Positions 9,060 to 19,377 of a stretch of DNA of 26,304 nucleotides are shown here, piece after piece. The notes beneath the pieces were generated by a model that was given only the letters and a program-made list of their open reading frames with translations, searched no databases and had not been told where the DNA came from. This DNA comes from a bacterium (GTDB taxonomy: Bacteria > UBA9089 > UBA9088), in the NCBI GenBank assembly GCA_003498085.1, contig DNCM01000130.1, positions 1 to 26,304 on the forward strand, read 5' to 3'. Position 1 is the first letter of the stretch; the number at the start of each line of letters is the position of its first letter. The translations under genes and the position numbers were made by a program.

Positions 9060-10509
9060 TACTTTCTGCTTCCTTTAAAGAGGATTCGGCATTATATAGT
9101 AGTTCTTTATAATCTATTACTGAGCTATGAAATTTTGTTACTCCAACAACTATAGGAAGATTTATCTGGGATAAGACCTCCATTTTTATCCTTCCTATAA
9201 AGCTTAAAATATCCTTGTCTTGAAATGCATGAATAAGGATATAAAACTTACTATCTTTACTTGCCACAATATCCTCCTTTCTTGTTTGAAAGTTTACTAT
9301 GATTCCAAGTCTTTGCAAAAGAGAGGGTTCAGGGCTTACTATATCTGGCTTAAGAATAGCAATATAAAATGTATCGTTTATCCTCTTTGCCCTTTCCATC
9401 TCCCTTCTTACCGCCTCCTCAAAATAGTAATAATTAAAAAGTGTTGTTAGTTTATCTGTAACAAGAAGTCTATCTATCTCTCTAGAAAGTCTTGTATTAT
9501 CTATAAAGAGGGATGATATACTTGCAATTATCCTTAAAAATCTTTGCTCCTCAAGGCTAAATACCCTTTCTTTTTTACATCCGACAAGAAAGATTCCCAT
9601 TTTTTCACTTTTTATCATTAAAGGAAGAGAAACAAGGGATAAAATTCCCATTTTACGATATGGAGTAAGGGGGGGCCTATCATCTTTTTCAATGTTTTCA
9701 ATCGCACAAAGCCTTCCATTAAGTATAACTTCATCCATCCATTCTTTTGTCTTTTCAGAGCCTCCAATAAGGTCATCACCTGCAACAACCTTAAGCCTTC
9801 TTCCTTCCATAGCAGCGATAAGGTTTATATCGGTCTTAAGGTATGAAGAAACAGAATGTAGAATAGAAGAAAGCCCCTCAGTTAGGGTCTGAGTCTTATC
9901 TATTTGGAGTGAAATTTTATAAATCTCTTCAAACTCCCTTTTTTCCTTTTCTATCTTGTTCAACCTTTCCTGCATCTGTGCCTGCAACAGAGCAACCCTT
10001 CTTGCTTCATATTCAACATCCCTTTCAGCAAAGCGCACCTCTTGGGCAATATAAGAGGAAAATCCCCATACACCAAGGAATAAAAGGGTTTTCATGATGA
10101 ATGGAATCCATTCCTTGGAGGGATCTCCAACAAAAAATAGAATATAGATAAGAACTATTCCAAATGTAAAAGAAAGAGAAAAGGATTGTTTGTAATAGCA
10201 TGCAGAAAATGCAATAGGGGCAAAATAGAAAAGAACAAATGGACTTTGTATTCCACCTGTTGAATAAACGATGGCTGTTATAAAAGAAATATCAAGGATG
10301 CTCTCGGAGTAATAAACCTTGCTTAATTTTATTTTTGAAATGATGTATCCAGCTAATAAATTGTATATTCCAAGGATAAGGATTGGGAAAAGAATCTCAG
10401 GTTTTTCTTTCCATTCTAAGTACTTTATCTCAAGAACAAGGATAGCTAAAACCCATATGAACCACCTCACCTTATTTGCTATCCAAAAGATTCTCTCTAC
10501 AAAAGTCAT
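9034..10509 (-). CDS. Membrane protein with GAF and strongly degenerate GGDEF domain (RxxD retained)
   Basis: About 5-6 N-terminal TM helices with D..ITAIVYSTGG..SPF, a coiled coil, a GAF domain (LVSLPL..KSEKMG), then TDKLTTLFNY. The GGDEF motif is replaced by ASKDSKF; RKED is at 9271-9282. Confidence 0.8.
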   Translation of the reverse strand: MTFVERIFWIANKVRWFIWVLAILVLEIKYLEWKEKPEILFPILILGIYNLLAGYIISKIKLSKVYYSESILDISFITAIVYSTGGIQSPFVLFYFAPIAFSACYYKQSFSLSFTFGIVLIYILFFVGDPSKEWIPFIMKTLLFLGVWGFSSYIAQEVRFAERDVEYEARRVALLQAQMQERLNKIEKEKREFEEIYKISLQIDKTQTLTEGLSSILHSVSSYLKTDINLIAAMEGRRLKVVAGDDLIGGSEKTKEWMDEVILNGRLCAIENIEKDDRPPLTPYRKMGILSLVSLPLMIKSEKMGIFLVGCKKERVFSLEEQRFLRIIASISSLFIDNTRLSREIDRLLVTDKLTTLFNYYYFEEAVRREMERAKRINDTFYIAILKPDIVSPEPSLLQRLGIIVNFQTRKEDIVASKDSKFYILIHAFQDKDILSFIGRIKMEVLSQINLPIVVGVTKFHSSVIDYKELLYNAESSLKEAESSASRVFIK

Positions 10510-12083
10510 TTTTTACTCCAGGCAATAACCCTGTTTCCTCCTTGTTCCTTTGCCAAATTTAGTGTTTTATCCGCATAAAGAAGTAGCCCATCGGGTTTTT
10601 TTTCATCCTGTGGAAATGAAGAAATTCCAATGCTTACTGTAATATGCTCTACTCCTTCGATAAAGGTTTTGTTAGATATAGTATTCCTTATCCTTTCTGC
10701 AACCATTATCCCTTCATTCTTATTTGCCTCAGGGAGTATAATTACAAAATTTTCTTCATAAAACCTTGCTAAGAAATCCATTGTTCTTAAACAGCCTGAA
10801 AGAGTAATGGCAATTTCTGAAAGGAGCTGGTTTCCAATGTGCCTTCCGTACTTTTCATTGATTTCGCGAAAATTATCTATATCTATCATGAGGATAGAAA
10901 GTGGAATGGAAATGCGGCTGGCCTTACTGAGCTCTTTTCTAAATATTTCTAAGAAATACCTGTAATTATAAAGCCCAGTCAATCCGTCTGTTATTGCCAT
11001 CCTTTCTATCTCTTCTCTAAGGTAACTGTTTTTTATAGAAAGGCTCGTTCTACATCCAATCAATAGAAGAAACCTTAAATGGTCATCTTCATTAAATTCC
11101 TTGGGATAGGATGAAGCACATATGAATACACCAAGAGGTTCGCCATCAATAATAAGTGGAATACCCATGCAAGAGAACGGACTACCTTTAAAAACTTCTG
11201 GATCATACTTCGAAAGGTCATTTATGATCAAAGGCTCCTTCTTTGCCATAATTCTTCCTGGAAGCTCTTCTCCTATTCTTAACCTATTTTTGAAGAACAA
11301 TTTTCCTCCCTGGCCTATTTTTGCAACAAGCCTTAAATATTCATTATTTTTTTCAAGAAGCCAAATTCCTGCTATATCGATGGCTAAAAAACTTGTGGTT
11401 GCATCGCAAACAGCTTCAAGTTGTTCCTTCAAGCTACTTCCTGTTGGAATTTTTATAGAAATATTATAAACCTCTTGTAAAACTTTATTTTTTTTCTGAA
11501 TTTGAACTACATTATGGTGAAATGCCTTAAGGATATATTTAAGCTTTTCCTTTTCAATCTCAAGCGCCTCCCCTTGATGGATAATTTCTAAACTTAAAAA
11601 TACACTCATTCCACAAACAGCAAAGAAAATGGGAATTTTTAAAGAAAGCATAGAAATGATCTCCTGGGGTGATGCATTTGACAGAAGGGAAACAAAAATA
11701 TAAAGAATACTTATTCCAGTTACAACAAAAAATGTTCTGTAAGGTGAGTAATATACTCCTGCAAACATGATTACAATAAGAAAGAACACCCAGAAAGGAC
11801 TGTTTTGGCCTCCAGTAAGTGCCACTATTCCTGTAATAACTGCAGTATCAATAACAGTTTCTGCATAACATATCTTGGATGTCTTTTCCCAGATTTCATG
11901 CAGTGAAAGGAATTTTGCAATTATGTTATAAATTGCAGTTATTACTAAAAGAAGGTATATATTTATCCAGTTTTCTTCGGGAACAACAGAAAACTGAAGG
12001 CCGAGCAAAATTAAGGTAATGATTAACCATCTAATCTTGTTTGATATCTCGAGTACCTTTTGTGGAAATACTAAATCTTTCAT
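10506..12083 (-). CDS. Membrane protein with GAF and degenerate GGDEF domain (RxxD retained)
   Basis: Same TM module (TGGQNSPF), GAF (CMGIPLIIDGEPLGV), TDGLTGLYNYRYF, IDIDNF. RTMD is at 10776-10787 and the active-site motif reads YEENF (10746-10760). Confidence 0.85.
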   Translation of the reverse strand: MKDLVFPQKVLEISNKIRWLIITLILLGLQFSVVPEENWINIYLLLVITAIYNIIAKFLSLHEIWEKTSKICYAETVIDTAVITGIVALTGGQNSPFWVFFLIVIMFAGVYYSPYRTFFVVTGISILYIFVSLLSNASPQEIISMLSLKIPIFFAVCGMSVFLSLEIIHQGEALEIEKEKLKYILKAFHHNVVQIQKKNKVLQEVYNISIKIPTGSSLKEQLEAVCDATTSFLAIDIAGIWLLEKNNEYLRLVAKIGQGGKLFFKNRLRIGEELPGRIMAKKEPLIINDLSKYDPEVFKGSPFSCMGIPLIIDGEPLGVFICASSYPKEFNEDDHLRFLLLIGCRTSLSIKNSYLREEIERMAITDGLTGLYNYRYFLEIFRKELSKASRISIPLSILMIDIDNFREINEKYGRHIGNQLLSEIAITLSGCLRTMDFLARFYEENFVIILPEANKNEGIMVAERIRNTISNKTFIEGVEHITVSIGISSFPQDEKKPDGLLLYADKTLNLAKEQGGNRVIAWSKK

Positions 12084-12090
12084 TATATCA

Positions 12091-13026
12091 TTACTCCAAA
12101 ATCATCTTAAGTAAAGCCATCCTTATATAGAGTCCATTCTCTGCTTGTTTAAAATAGACAGCCCTTGGGTCAAGATCAATGTCGCTTGGAAGCTCACTTG
12201 TTCTTGGTAACGGATGAAGGATTTTTGTATCTGGTTTAAGTGACAATAGTATTTCCTTATCAACAACATAGGAACCAACTACTGCATTGTATGCCTCCTT
12301 ATTTCTAAACCTTTCTTTTTGAAGTCTTGTTACATAAAGGACATCAAGAATACTCGAAATATCATAAAGATTACAGTTTTCTTTGAAAAAAATATCTTTT
12401 TCTCTTAAGTAGACGGTAATGTCGGATGGTATCCGAAGTGGCTCTGGAGAGATAAAATAAAACTCTATATTTTCCTGATTAGCAAGTAGCCAAACTAAAG
12501 AATGAATGGTTCTACTATATAAAAGATCTCCTAGTAATCCAACTTTCAGGTTGTTTATCCTCCCAAGCTCTTTTTTGATTGTGTATAAATCTAAAAGTGC
12601 TTGTGTTGGATGCTGACCAGGACCATCGCCAGCGTTTATAATAGGGACAGGGGAAACCAAGGATGCCCTTTTTGCAGAACCCTCTTCGTAATGTCTCAAA
12701 ACAATGAGATCGGAGAAACTAGCAACAACCCTTATTGTATCTTCCAGTGTTTCTCCCTTTACCATAGAGGAAAAGTGTGGTGCGTCCTCTGTTGATATAA
12801 TCTCGCCACCAAGTCTTTTCATTGCAGATTCAAAAGAAAGTCTTGTTCTAGTCGATGGTTCATAAAAAAGGGTTGCTAAAATTTTTTTTCTAGGTGTATG
12901 GGAAAGAAGAAGGGAGCTATCACCTGTCTCATCTAACCTTTCCATCCTTTCTGTAAGAGAAAATACCTCTTCTAATAATTCTTTTTTCCTAAATTGTTGA
13001 ACTTCAACAATATGATTAAGTTTCAT
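12091..13026 (-). CDS. pyrB: Aspartate carbamoyltransferase catalytic subunit
   Basis: FYEPSTRTRLSFE, NAGDG..QHPTQALLD, YVTRLQKER, HPLPR. Start is 13026 or 13044. Confidence 0.95.
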   Translation of the reverse strand: MKLNHIVEVQQFRKKELLEEVFSLTERMERLDETGDSSLLLSHTPRKKILATLFYEPSTRTRLSFESAMKRLGGEIISTEDAPHFSSMVKGETLEDTIRVVASFSDLIVLRHYEEGSAKRASLVSPVPIINAGDGPGQHPTQALLDLYTIKKELGRINNLKVGLLGDLLYSRTIHSLVWLLANQENIEFYFISPEPLRIPSDITVYLREKDIFFKENCNLYDISSILDVLYVTRLQKERFRNKEAYNAVVGSYVVDKEILLSLKPDTKILHPLPRTSELPSDIDLDPRAVYFKQAENGLYIRMALLKMILE

Positions 13027-13071
13027 TTTTAAATGATAAGTCATTTTTCATCAAAAAATCAAGAAAAAATA

Positions 13072-13100
13072 TTGACAAAATTTTTAGATATTTTTATTAT
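13072..13100 (+). promoter_or_regulatory. sigma70 promoter upstream of hisI
   Basis: TTGACA (13072-13077)-N17-TATTAT (13095-13100) in the divergent AT-rich spacer. Confidence 0.65.
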
Positions 13101-13228
13101 TTAAACTCTAAAGATTGAATGTTGGCTGAAGAATTAATGTTTTCTTTAACTTTCTTTATTCAATTTTGATTATAAAAAACTTTATATTTTTAGAGTAAAA
13201 AATTGAAGAGGAAACAGACAAAAAGAAG

Positions 13229-13534
13229 ATGAATCTTGTTTTTAAAGATGGGCTTATACCTGCAGTCATTGTTGATGATAGCACAGACGAAGTTCTTATG
13301 CTTGCATATATGAATGAGGAGTCTTTGAAAAAGACTATTTCAGAAAGAAAGACATGGTTCTATAGTAGATCAAGAAAAAAACTTTGGCTTAAAGGAGAAA
13401 CCTCTGGCAATTTTCAGGATGTTATAAGCATATCTTGCGATTGCGATAGGGATTGCTTGCTTATTAGGGTAAAACAACATGGGGTTGCCTGCCATACCGG
13501 AGCAAAATCATGCTTTTTTGAAAAGATATTGTGA
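13229..13534 (+). CDS. hisI: Phosphoribosyl-AMP cyclohydrolase
   Basis: [48 protein letters not shown]. Confidence 0.95.
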   Translation: MNLVFKDGLIPAVIVDDSTDEVLMLAYMNEESLKKTISERKTWFYSRSRKKLWLKGETSGNFQDVISISCDCDRDCLLIRVKQHGVACHTGAKSCFFEKIL

Positions 13535-13818
13535 AAGAAAGCAAAATTCTTTATGAGTTGTTTGATGTTATTCTAGATAGAAAAATAAATCCAAAAGATG
13601 GTTCTTATACGGCAAAACTATTTTCTGAAGGCAAGAAAAAGATACATAGTAAATTAAAGGAGGAATTGGAAGAGATAATTGCTGATTCAGAGAAGGACAA
13701 TAGGGACGGGATAATCTATGAAACAGCAGATCTTTTATATCACCTTATTGTCCTCCTTGCTCTCCACAATATAAATCCCGACGATATTTTCTCTGAGCTT
13801 AAAAAAAGAAGAAAGTAG
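13531..13818 (+). CDS. hisE: Phosphoribosyl-ATP diphosphatase
   Basis: [25 protein letters not shown]; GTGA overlap with hisI. Confidence 0.92.
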   Translation: MKESKILYELFDVILDRKINPKDGSYTAKLFSEGKKKIHSKLKEELEEIIADSEKDNRDGIIYETADLLYHLIVLLALHNINPDDIFSELKKRRK

Positions 13819-13848
13819 TTGACGAGGTTTTTTCTAAGTAAATATAAT
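13819..13848 (+). promoter_or_regulatory. sigma70 promoter for rplM-rpsI
   Basis: TTGACG (13819-13824)-N18-TATAAT (13843-13848), 8 nt before the rplM ATG. Confidence 0.65.
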
Positions 13849-13856
13849 TATTTCTA

Positions 13857-14285
13857 ATGAAGACATTTATGGCAAAAAAGGAAGATGTAGAGAGAAGGTG
13901 GTTTGTTCTTGATGCAAAGGATAAAATTCTTGGAAGGCTTGCAACAAGGGTAGCAACAATCCTTTTGGGGAAATCTAAACCAGAAATAACACCACATGTT
14001 GACCAAGGAGATCATGTTATTGTTCTAAATGCAGACAAGGTTAAAGTAACAGGGAAAAAGATGACCGATAAGCTATATAGAAAACATTCTGGTTATCCTG
14101 GTGGTCTTAAAACACTGAGCCTAAGTGAACTTATGGCAAAAAACCCTTGTAGGGTTATTGAGCATGCAGTATGGGGGATGCTTCCAAAGAATAGCATGGG
14201 AAGGAGGATGATAAGAAGGTTTAAAGTATATGTAGGTTCTGAACATCCCCATTTTGGGCAAAAACCAGAGGTTTTAGAGGTATAA
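13857..14285 (+). CDS. rplM: 50S ribosomal protein L13
   Basis: WFVLDAKDKILGRLAT, TPHVDQGD, HSGYPGGLK, GMLPKN. Confidence 0.97.
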   Translation: MKTFMAKKEDVERRWFVLDAKDKILGRLATRVATILLGKSKPEITPHVDQGDHVIVLNADKVKVTGKKMTDKLYRKHSGYPGGLKTLSLSELMAKNPCRVIEHAVWGMLPKNSMGRRMIRRFKVYVGSEHPHFGQKPEVLEV

Positions 14286-14678
14286 ATGGAACAGATTCAA
14301 GCAACGGGAAAAAGAAAGGAAGCATGTGCGAGGGTAATATTGAGAGAGGGAGATGGAAAGTTCATAATAAACAAAAGGGATTTTTATGAGTATTTTGGTG
14401 GAAGGGCAAAATCTTATGAACCATTTATCTTTGCCCCATTTTATATTACCCAGACCCAAGGAAAATTCGATTGTTTAGTGAATGTATCTGGCGGCGGAAC
14501 ATCTGGACAAGCGGGTGCAATAAGGTATGGCATTGCAAAGGCACTGGTGAAAAAGAATGAAGAACTGAAGCAGGTACTTAATAAAGCTGGACTTCTAAAA
14601 AGGGATACTAGGATTCATGAGCGTAAGAAATATGGACTCTATGGAAGAAGAAGGAGATTCCAATTTAGCAAGAGATAA
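14286..14678 (+). CDS. rpsI: 30S ribosomal protein S9
   Basis: ATGKRKEACARV, GGGTSGQAGAIR, ERKKYG..FQFSKR. Confidence 0.97.
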   Translation: MEQIQATGKRKEACARVILREGDGKFIINKRDFYEYFGGRAKSYEPFIFAPFYITQTQGKFDCLVNVSGGGTSGQAGAIRYGIAKALVKKNEELKQVLNKAGLLKRDTRIHERKKYGLYGRRRRFQFSKR

Positions 14679-14760
14679 TGGGGATTACAGTAATAGAAAT
14701 TGGGGTAGCAAATCAAGAGAATTAAAACCCCTTCCTATGATTCTTACATAATCTTTTCTG

Positions 14761-17100
14761 ATGAAGTATCCATTCGAAGAGATAGAGAAAAAGTATCAAG
14801 AAATTTGGGAAAATGATGGTTTTTTTGAAAAAAAGAAGGGTGAAAAGCATTATCTTCTTGAGATGTTTCCATACCCGTCGGGAAAAATTCATATGGGCCA
14901 TGTCCGAAATTATGTAATCGGTGATGTTGTTGCAAGGTATAAGACAATGAAAGGATTTAATGTCCTTCATCCAATGGGATGGGATGCATTCGGCCTTCCT
15001 GCAGAAAATGCCGCAATAGAAAAAGGGGTTCATCCTGTAAAGTGGACAGAAGAAAATATTAGCTGTATGAAGAACCAGCTTAAAAAACTTGGTCTTTCTT
15101 ATGATTGGAATAAAGAGATAACGACCTGCAGTCCCAACTACTACAGATGGAATCAATGGCTATTCTTGAAATTCTTTGAGATGGGTCTTGCCTATCAGAA
15201 AACTGCAGATGTCAATTGGTGTCCAAAGTGCCAAACTGTTTTGGCAAATGAGCAGGTTTTAGATGGAGCTTGCTGGAGGTGTGAGGCAAAAATTACATCG
15301 AAGAGCCTTAAACAATGGTTTTTTAAGATTACAGAATATGCGGATGAAATGCTTGACCATAAGCTTGGAAAATGGCCAGAGAATGTTTTGGTTATGCAAA
15401 AAAACTGGATTGGAAAAAGCAAGGGAATCGAGATATTTTTTAAAGAAAAAAAAACAGGAAAGACAATTCCAGTGTTTACAACAAGACCGGATACAATCTT
15501 TGGAGCAACCTATCTTACACTGGCTCCCCAATACCCATTGGTAGATGAGCTAATTGAAGATGCGCCAAATTTTTCCGAAATAAAGGAGTTTATAGAAAAA
15601 GCAAAGATTAGAGTCTCTCCTGATGAGCTTGAGAAGGAGGGAATATTTACAGGAAGGTTCGCAATAAACCCAGTAAATAACGAAGAGGTTCCAATTTGGA
15701 TTGCGAACTATGTCTTAATGGAGTATGGAACAGGGGCAATTATGGCAGTGCCTGCTCACGACCAAAGGGATTTTGATTTTGCAAAGAAATATGGACTTCC
15801 GATAAAAATAGTAATCAGCAATCAGGAATTAGGAATAAAAGATCATAGGATTGATAGAGCGTATGAGGGTGAAGGGGTTTTAGTAAATTCTGGAATGTTT
15901 GATGGGATGGAAAGCGAAAGAGCAAAGGAGGCAATATCAGATTGGATGGAAGAAATAGGTATAGGAGTAAGGAAAATAAACTATAAACTTAAAGATTGGC
16001 TTATATCTCGCCAGAGATACTGGGGATGTCCAATTCCCATTATCTATTGCAGTGAATGTGACACTGTCCCTGTACCCGAAGATGAACTACCCGTTGTCCT
16101 TCCTTTGGATACAAAACCAGGTCAGAACCTTTGGGAGATAGAAGAATTTGTGAATTGCAAGTGTCCAAAATGTAGGCAACCTGCCAAAAGGGAAACTGAC
16201 ACGATGGATACATTCGTTGACTCCTCTTGGTATTTCCTAAGATTTATCACTCCGTCCTGTGAGACAAAGCTTGTATTGAAGGAGGAGGCAGATTATTGGA
16301 TGCCTGTTGATCAATATATCGGCGGGGTTGAACATGCTATTTTGCACCTTATGTATGCAAGGTTTTTTACAAAGGTAATGAGAGATTTAGGGCTTATATC
16401 AGTGGATGAGCCATTTACAAACCTTTTAGCACAGGGAATGGTCATTAAAGATGGAGCAAAGATGTCGAAGTCTAAAGGAAATATTGTCGACCCAGATAGT
16501 ATCATAGAGAGATATGGTGCTGATACCTTAAGGCTTTTTATACTCTTTGCCGCACCGCCAGAGGGTGAACTTGTATGGAACGATAAAGGCATTGAAGGGT
16601 GCTTCAGGTTTCTAAATAGGGTTTATAGGTTAAAGGATAAGGTAGAAGAAAGAGACCATAAAGAAGATAGACTTTATATACCTATCAATAAAACAATAAA
16701 GGCTGTAACGGATGACCTAGAAAGGTTTTCTTTTAATACTGCTATTGCAAGACTTATGGAATTTGTTAATGAAATAAAGAATAATATTCCAAAAGGTATA
16801 TTTGAAAAATTTCTTTTACTTCTTTTTCCATTTGCACCACACATTACATCCTTTCTTTGGGAAAAAGGAAAGATTTCTGATTCTCCTTGGCCACCCTATG
16901 ATGAAGATGTAATTAAGGAAAAAGAAATAACTATAATTATACAGATAAATGGAAAACTTAGGGGAAAGATCACCGCCCCTTATGATTTAGAGGCTGAAGA
17001 GATAAAGAAAAGGGCAGTTTTGAGTGTAAGTGACAAGCTTAAGACATCGCCAAAAAATATAATTTTTGTTCCAAATAAACTTGTAAATATTGTTTTATAA
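14761..17100 (+). CDS. leuS: Leucine--tRNA ligase
   Basis: MFPYPSG.IHMGHVRNY, FTTRPDT, GTGAIMAVPAHDQRD, DWLISRQRYWG, GGVEHA, KMSKSKGN. Confidence 0.97.
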   Translation: MKYPFEEIEKKYQEIWENDGFFEKKKGEKHYLLEMFPYPSGKIHMGHVRNYVIGDVVARYKTMKGFNVLHPMGWDAFGLPAENAAIEKGVHPVKWTEENISCMKNQLKKLGLSYDWNKEITTCSPNYYRWNQWLFLKFFEMGLAYQKTADVNWCPKCQTVLANEQVLDGACWRCEAKITSKSLKQWFFKITEYADEMLDHKLGKWPENVLVMQKNWIGKSKGIEIFFKEKKTGKTIPVFTTRPDTIFGATYLTLAPQYPLVDELIEDAPNFSEIKEFIEKAKIRVSPDELEKEGIFTGRFAINPVNNEEVPIWIANYVLMEYGTGAIMAVPAHDQRDFDFAKKYGLPIKIVISNQELGIKDHRIDRAYEGEGVLVNSGMFDGMESERAKEAISDWMEEIGIGVRKINYKLKDWLISRQRYWGCPIPIIYCSECDTVPVPEDELPVVLPLDTKPGQNLWEIEEFVNCKCPKCRQPAKRETDTMDTFVDSSWYFLRFITPSCETKLVLKEEADYWMPVDQYIGGVEHAILHLMYARFFTKVMRDLGLISVDEPFTNLLAQGMVIKDGAKMSKSKGNIVDPDSIIERYGADTLRLFILFAAPPEGELVWNDKGIEGCFRFLNRVYRLKDKVEERDHKEDRLYIPINKTIKAVTDDLERFSFNTAIARLMEFVNEIKNNIPKGIFEKFLLLLFPFAPHITSFLWEKGKISDSPWPPYDEDVIKEKEITIIIQINGKLRGKITAPYDLEAEEIKKRAVLSVSDKLKTSPKNIIFVPNKLVNIVL
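15813..15836. repeat. Imperfect 7-bp tandem repeat inside leuS
   Basis: AATCAGC AATCAGG AATTAGG AAT, read in frame as ISNQELGI. Confidence 0.5.
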
Positions 17101-17111
17101 ATTCGAAGTAG

Positions 17112-18017
17112 ATGAAGAAAGCTAAAATCATTGCAACAGGAAGTTATGTTCCAAAAAAAGTTTTAACAAACCAAAGTCTCGAAGAGATAGTTGATACATC
17201 AGATGATTGGATCATCCAGAGGACTGGTATAAAGGAGAGAAGAATTGCTGAGGAAGAAACAGCGGTAGATTTGGCATATCTTGCGGTAAAGGATATGGAT
17301 TATCATGATATTGATCTTGTAATTGTTTCAACTTCAACCCCAGATTATACCTTTCCGTCAACTGCCTGCTTGGTTTCTGAAAGGCTTTCACTTTCTAATG
17401 TTGCCTGTTTTGACATATCTGCTGCCTGCACAGGCTTTCTCTATGCTTTAGAATGCGGAAGGTTCTTTATAGAAAGTGGAAAATATAAAAAAGCACTAAT
17501 AATTGCAACAGAAAAGACATCTAAGATTATAGATTGGAAAGATAGATCAACCTGTGTTTTGTTTGGGGATGGAGCTGGAGCTTGTATCCTTGCACCTTCT
17601 TATTCATCTGGGATAACCGGAAGCTATTTTAATTCAAATGGGAAATTGGGGGATATCCTTAAAGTTGACCACTATATCAAAATGGAGGGACAAGAAGTGT
17701 TTAAATATGCAATTATCTATATGACTGAGGCAATACAAAGAGTTTTAGAAAGTACAAGCTTAAAAATAGATGACATCGACCTATTTATTCCTCACCAAGC
17801 AAATATTAGGATAATAAACTTAATGGGTAAAAGATTAGACATTCCACAAGAAAAGACCTACATTAATCTTGAAAAATATGGTAATGTAGTCTCTGCTTCG
17901 TCTGCAATCGCCTTGGATGAGGCAGTAAAAGAGGGGAAAGTAAAAGAGGGAGATATCATCCTTATGGTTGCAATTGGTGGTGGTTTTACTTGGGGTGCAA
18001 TGGTTATTAAATGGTAG
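17112..18017 (+). CDS. fabH: 3-oxoacyl-ACP synthase III
   Basis: DTSDDWIIQRTGI, FDISAACTGF (Cys), LFGDGAGA, IPHQANIRI (His), YGN (Asn). Confidence 0.95.
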   Translation: MKKAKIIATGSYVPKKVLTNQSLEEIVDTSDDWIIQRTGIKERRIAEEETAVDLAYLAVKDMDYHDIDLVIVSTSTPDYTFPSTACLVSERLSLSNVACFDISAACTGFLYALECGRFFIESGKYKKALIIATEKTSKIIDWKDRSTCVLFGDGAGACILAPSYSSGITGSYFNSNGKLGDILKVDHYIKMEGQEVFKYAIIYMTEAIQRVLESTSLKIDDIDLFIPHQANIRIINLMGKRLDIPQEKTYINLEKYGNVVSASSAIALDEAVKEGKVKEGDIILMVAIGGGFTWGAMVIKW

Positions 18018-18112
18018 GAATTTTTAGAAATTGGATTTCTACCATATGGTATTCTTTCGCATTAAAGGAAAGTATAGCTTAAAAATGTGATTAAAATCAA
18101 ACAAAAATTTTG

Positions 18113-18142
18113 TTGACATAAATTCTATTTTAAGGTTATATT
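18113..18142 (+). promoter_or_regulatory. sigma70 promoter for clpX-lon
   Basis: TTGACA (18113-18118)-N18-TATATT (18137-18142), 7 nt before the clpX ATG. Confidence 0.6.
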
Positions 18143-18149
18143 TTATTTT

Positions 18150-19373
18150 ATGTATCGCTATGGTGATAAAGATAATCTTATTTGCTCATTCTGCGGAAGA
18201 CCAAAGGATGAAGTTGGAAGACTCATAGCAGGCCCAGGTATTTATATCTGTAATGAGTGTGTCAAATTATGTAATAAGATAATAGATGAGGAGGCACTAA
18301 AAGAAAGAGTAAAAGGTTTTTTCCTTGCCAAGCCAAAGGATATAAAAAACTCCCTCGATAAATATGTAATCGGTCAAGAAAGGGCAAAGAAGGCTTTATC
18401 TGTTGCTGTTTATAATCACTATAAAAGAATAACTGCAAGAATGAAAGATGATGACGTTGAGATTGAAAAAACTAATATCTTGCTTATTGGTCCAACAGGC
18501 TCAGGAAAAACACTTTTAGCACAAACTCTCGCAAAAATTCTAAATGTTCCATTTGCCATAGCAGATGCAACAACCTTAACAGAGGCAGGATATGTTGGAG
18601 ATGATGTTGAAAATATACTCTTAAGGCTCATTCAAGTTGCAAATGGTGATATAAAAAGAGCCGAAAAAGGTATTATATACATTGATGAGATAGACAAAAT
18701 AGCAAGAAAAAGTCGGGATTCTCCATCTATTACAAGGGATGTTTCTGGAGAGGGTGTCCAACAAGCACTCCTTAAAATTTTAGAGGGAACAGTAGCCTAT
18801 GTTCCACCGCAAGGTGGAAGAAAACATCCGCATCAGGAGCTTATTCCAATAGATACAAGCAAGATATTGTTTATCTGTGGCGGTGCATTTATTGGTCTTG
18901 AAGATATCATCAGAGAGAGACTTACAAAAGTATCTATTGGTTTCGGAAAGATGTTAAAAAAGGAAAAAAGTAGTGATTTTTACCTTTCTCAACTTATCCC
19001 AGATGACCTATTAAAATATGGACTTATTCCTGAATTTATAGGAAGATTACCTTTGGCTACATATCTTGACCCCTTAAGCCTCGATGATATGGTGGAGATA
19101 TTAAAAGAACCAAAGAATGCCTTAATAAAGCAGTATAAAAAGCTATTTTCCTTTGAAAAAGTAAAGCTTATATTCACCGAGTCTGGTATTTTGGAAATAG
19201 CATCTCTTGCTATTAGTAGAAAAACGGGGGCAAGGGCTTTGCGCTCTATTATGGAGGAGATAATGCTTGACCTAATGTATGAAATGCCATCAACAAAGCT
19301 TAAAAAATATGTAATTGATGACCACTTCGTCAAAGAAAAAACATTACGGGTTCCAGCAGAAAAAACTGCTTAA
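18150..19373 (+). CDS. clpX: ATP-dependent Clp protease ATP-binding subunit ClpX
   Basis: C4 zinc finger (CSFC..ICNEC), [39 protein letters not shown] loop. Confidence 0.97.
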   Translation: MYRYGDKDNLICSFCGRPKDEVGRLIAGPGIYICNECVKLCNKIIDEEALKERVKGFFLAKPKDIKNSLDKYVIGQERAKKALSVAVYNHYKRITARMKDDDVEIEKTNILLIGPTGSGKTLLAQTLAKILNVPFAIADATTLTEAGYVGDDVENILLRLIQVANGDIKRAEKGIIYIDEIDKIARKSRDSPSITRDVSGEGVQQALLKILEGTVAYVPPQGGRKHPHQELIPIDTSKILFICGGAFIGLEDIIRERLTKVSIGFGKMLKKEKSSDFYLSQLIPDDLLKYGLIPEFIGRLPLATYLDPLSLDDMVEILKEPKNALIKQYKKLFSFEKVKLIFTESGILEIASLAISRKTGARALRSIMEEIMLDLMYEMPSTKLKKYVIDDHFVKEKTLRVPAEKTA

Positions 19374-19377
19374 AAGT

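Noticed and set aside
13101-13228. His attenuator or riboswitch upstream of hisI
   Set aside because: No His-codon leader peptide and no convincing conserved fold; only weak AT-rich pairings.
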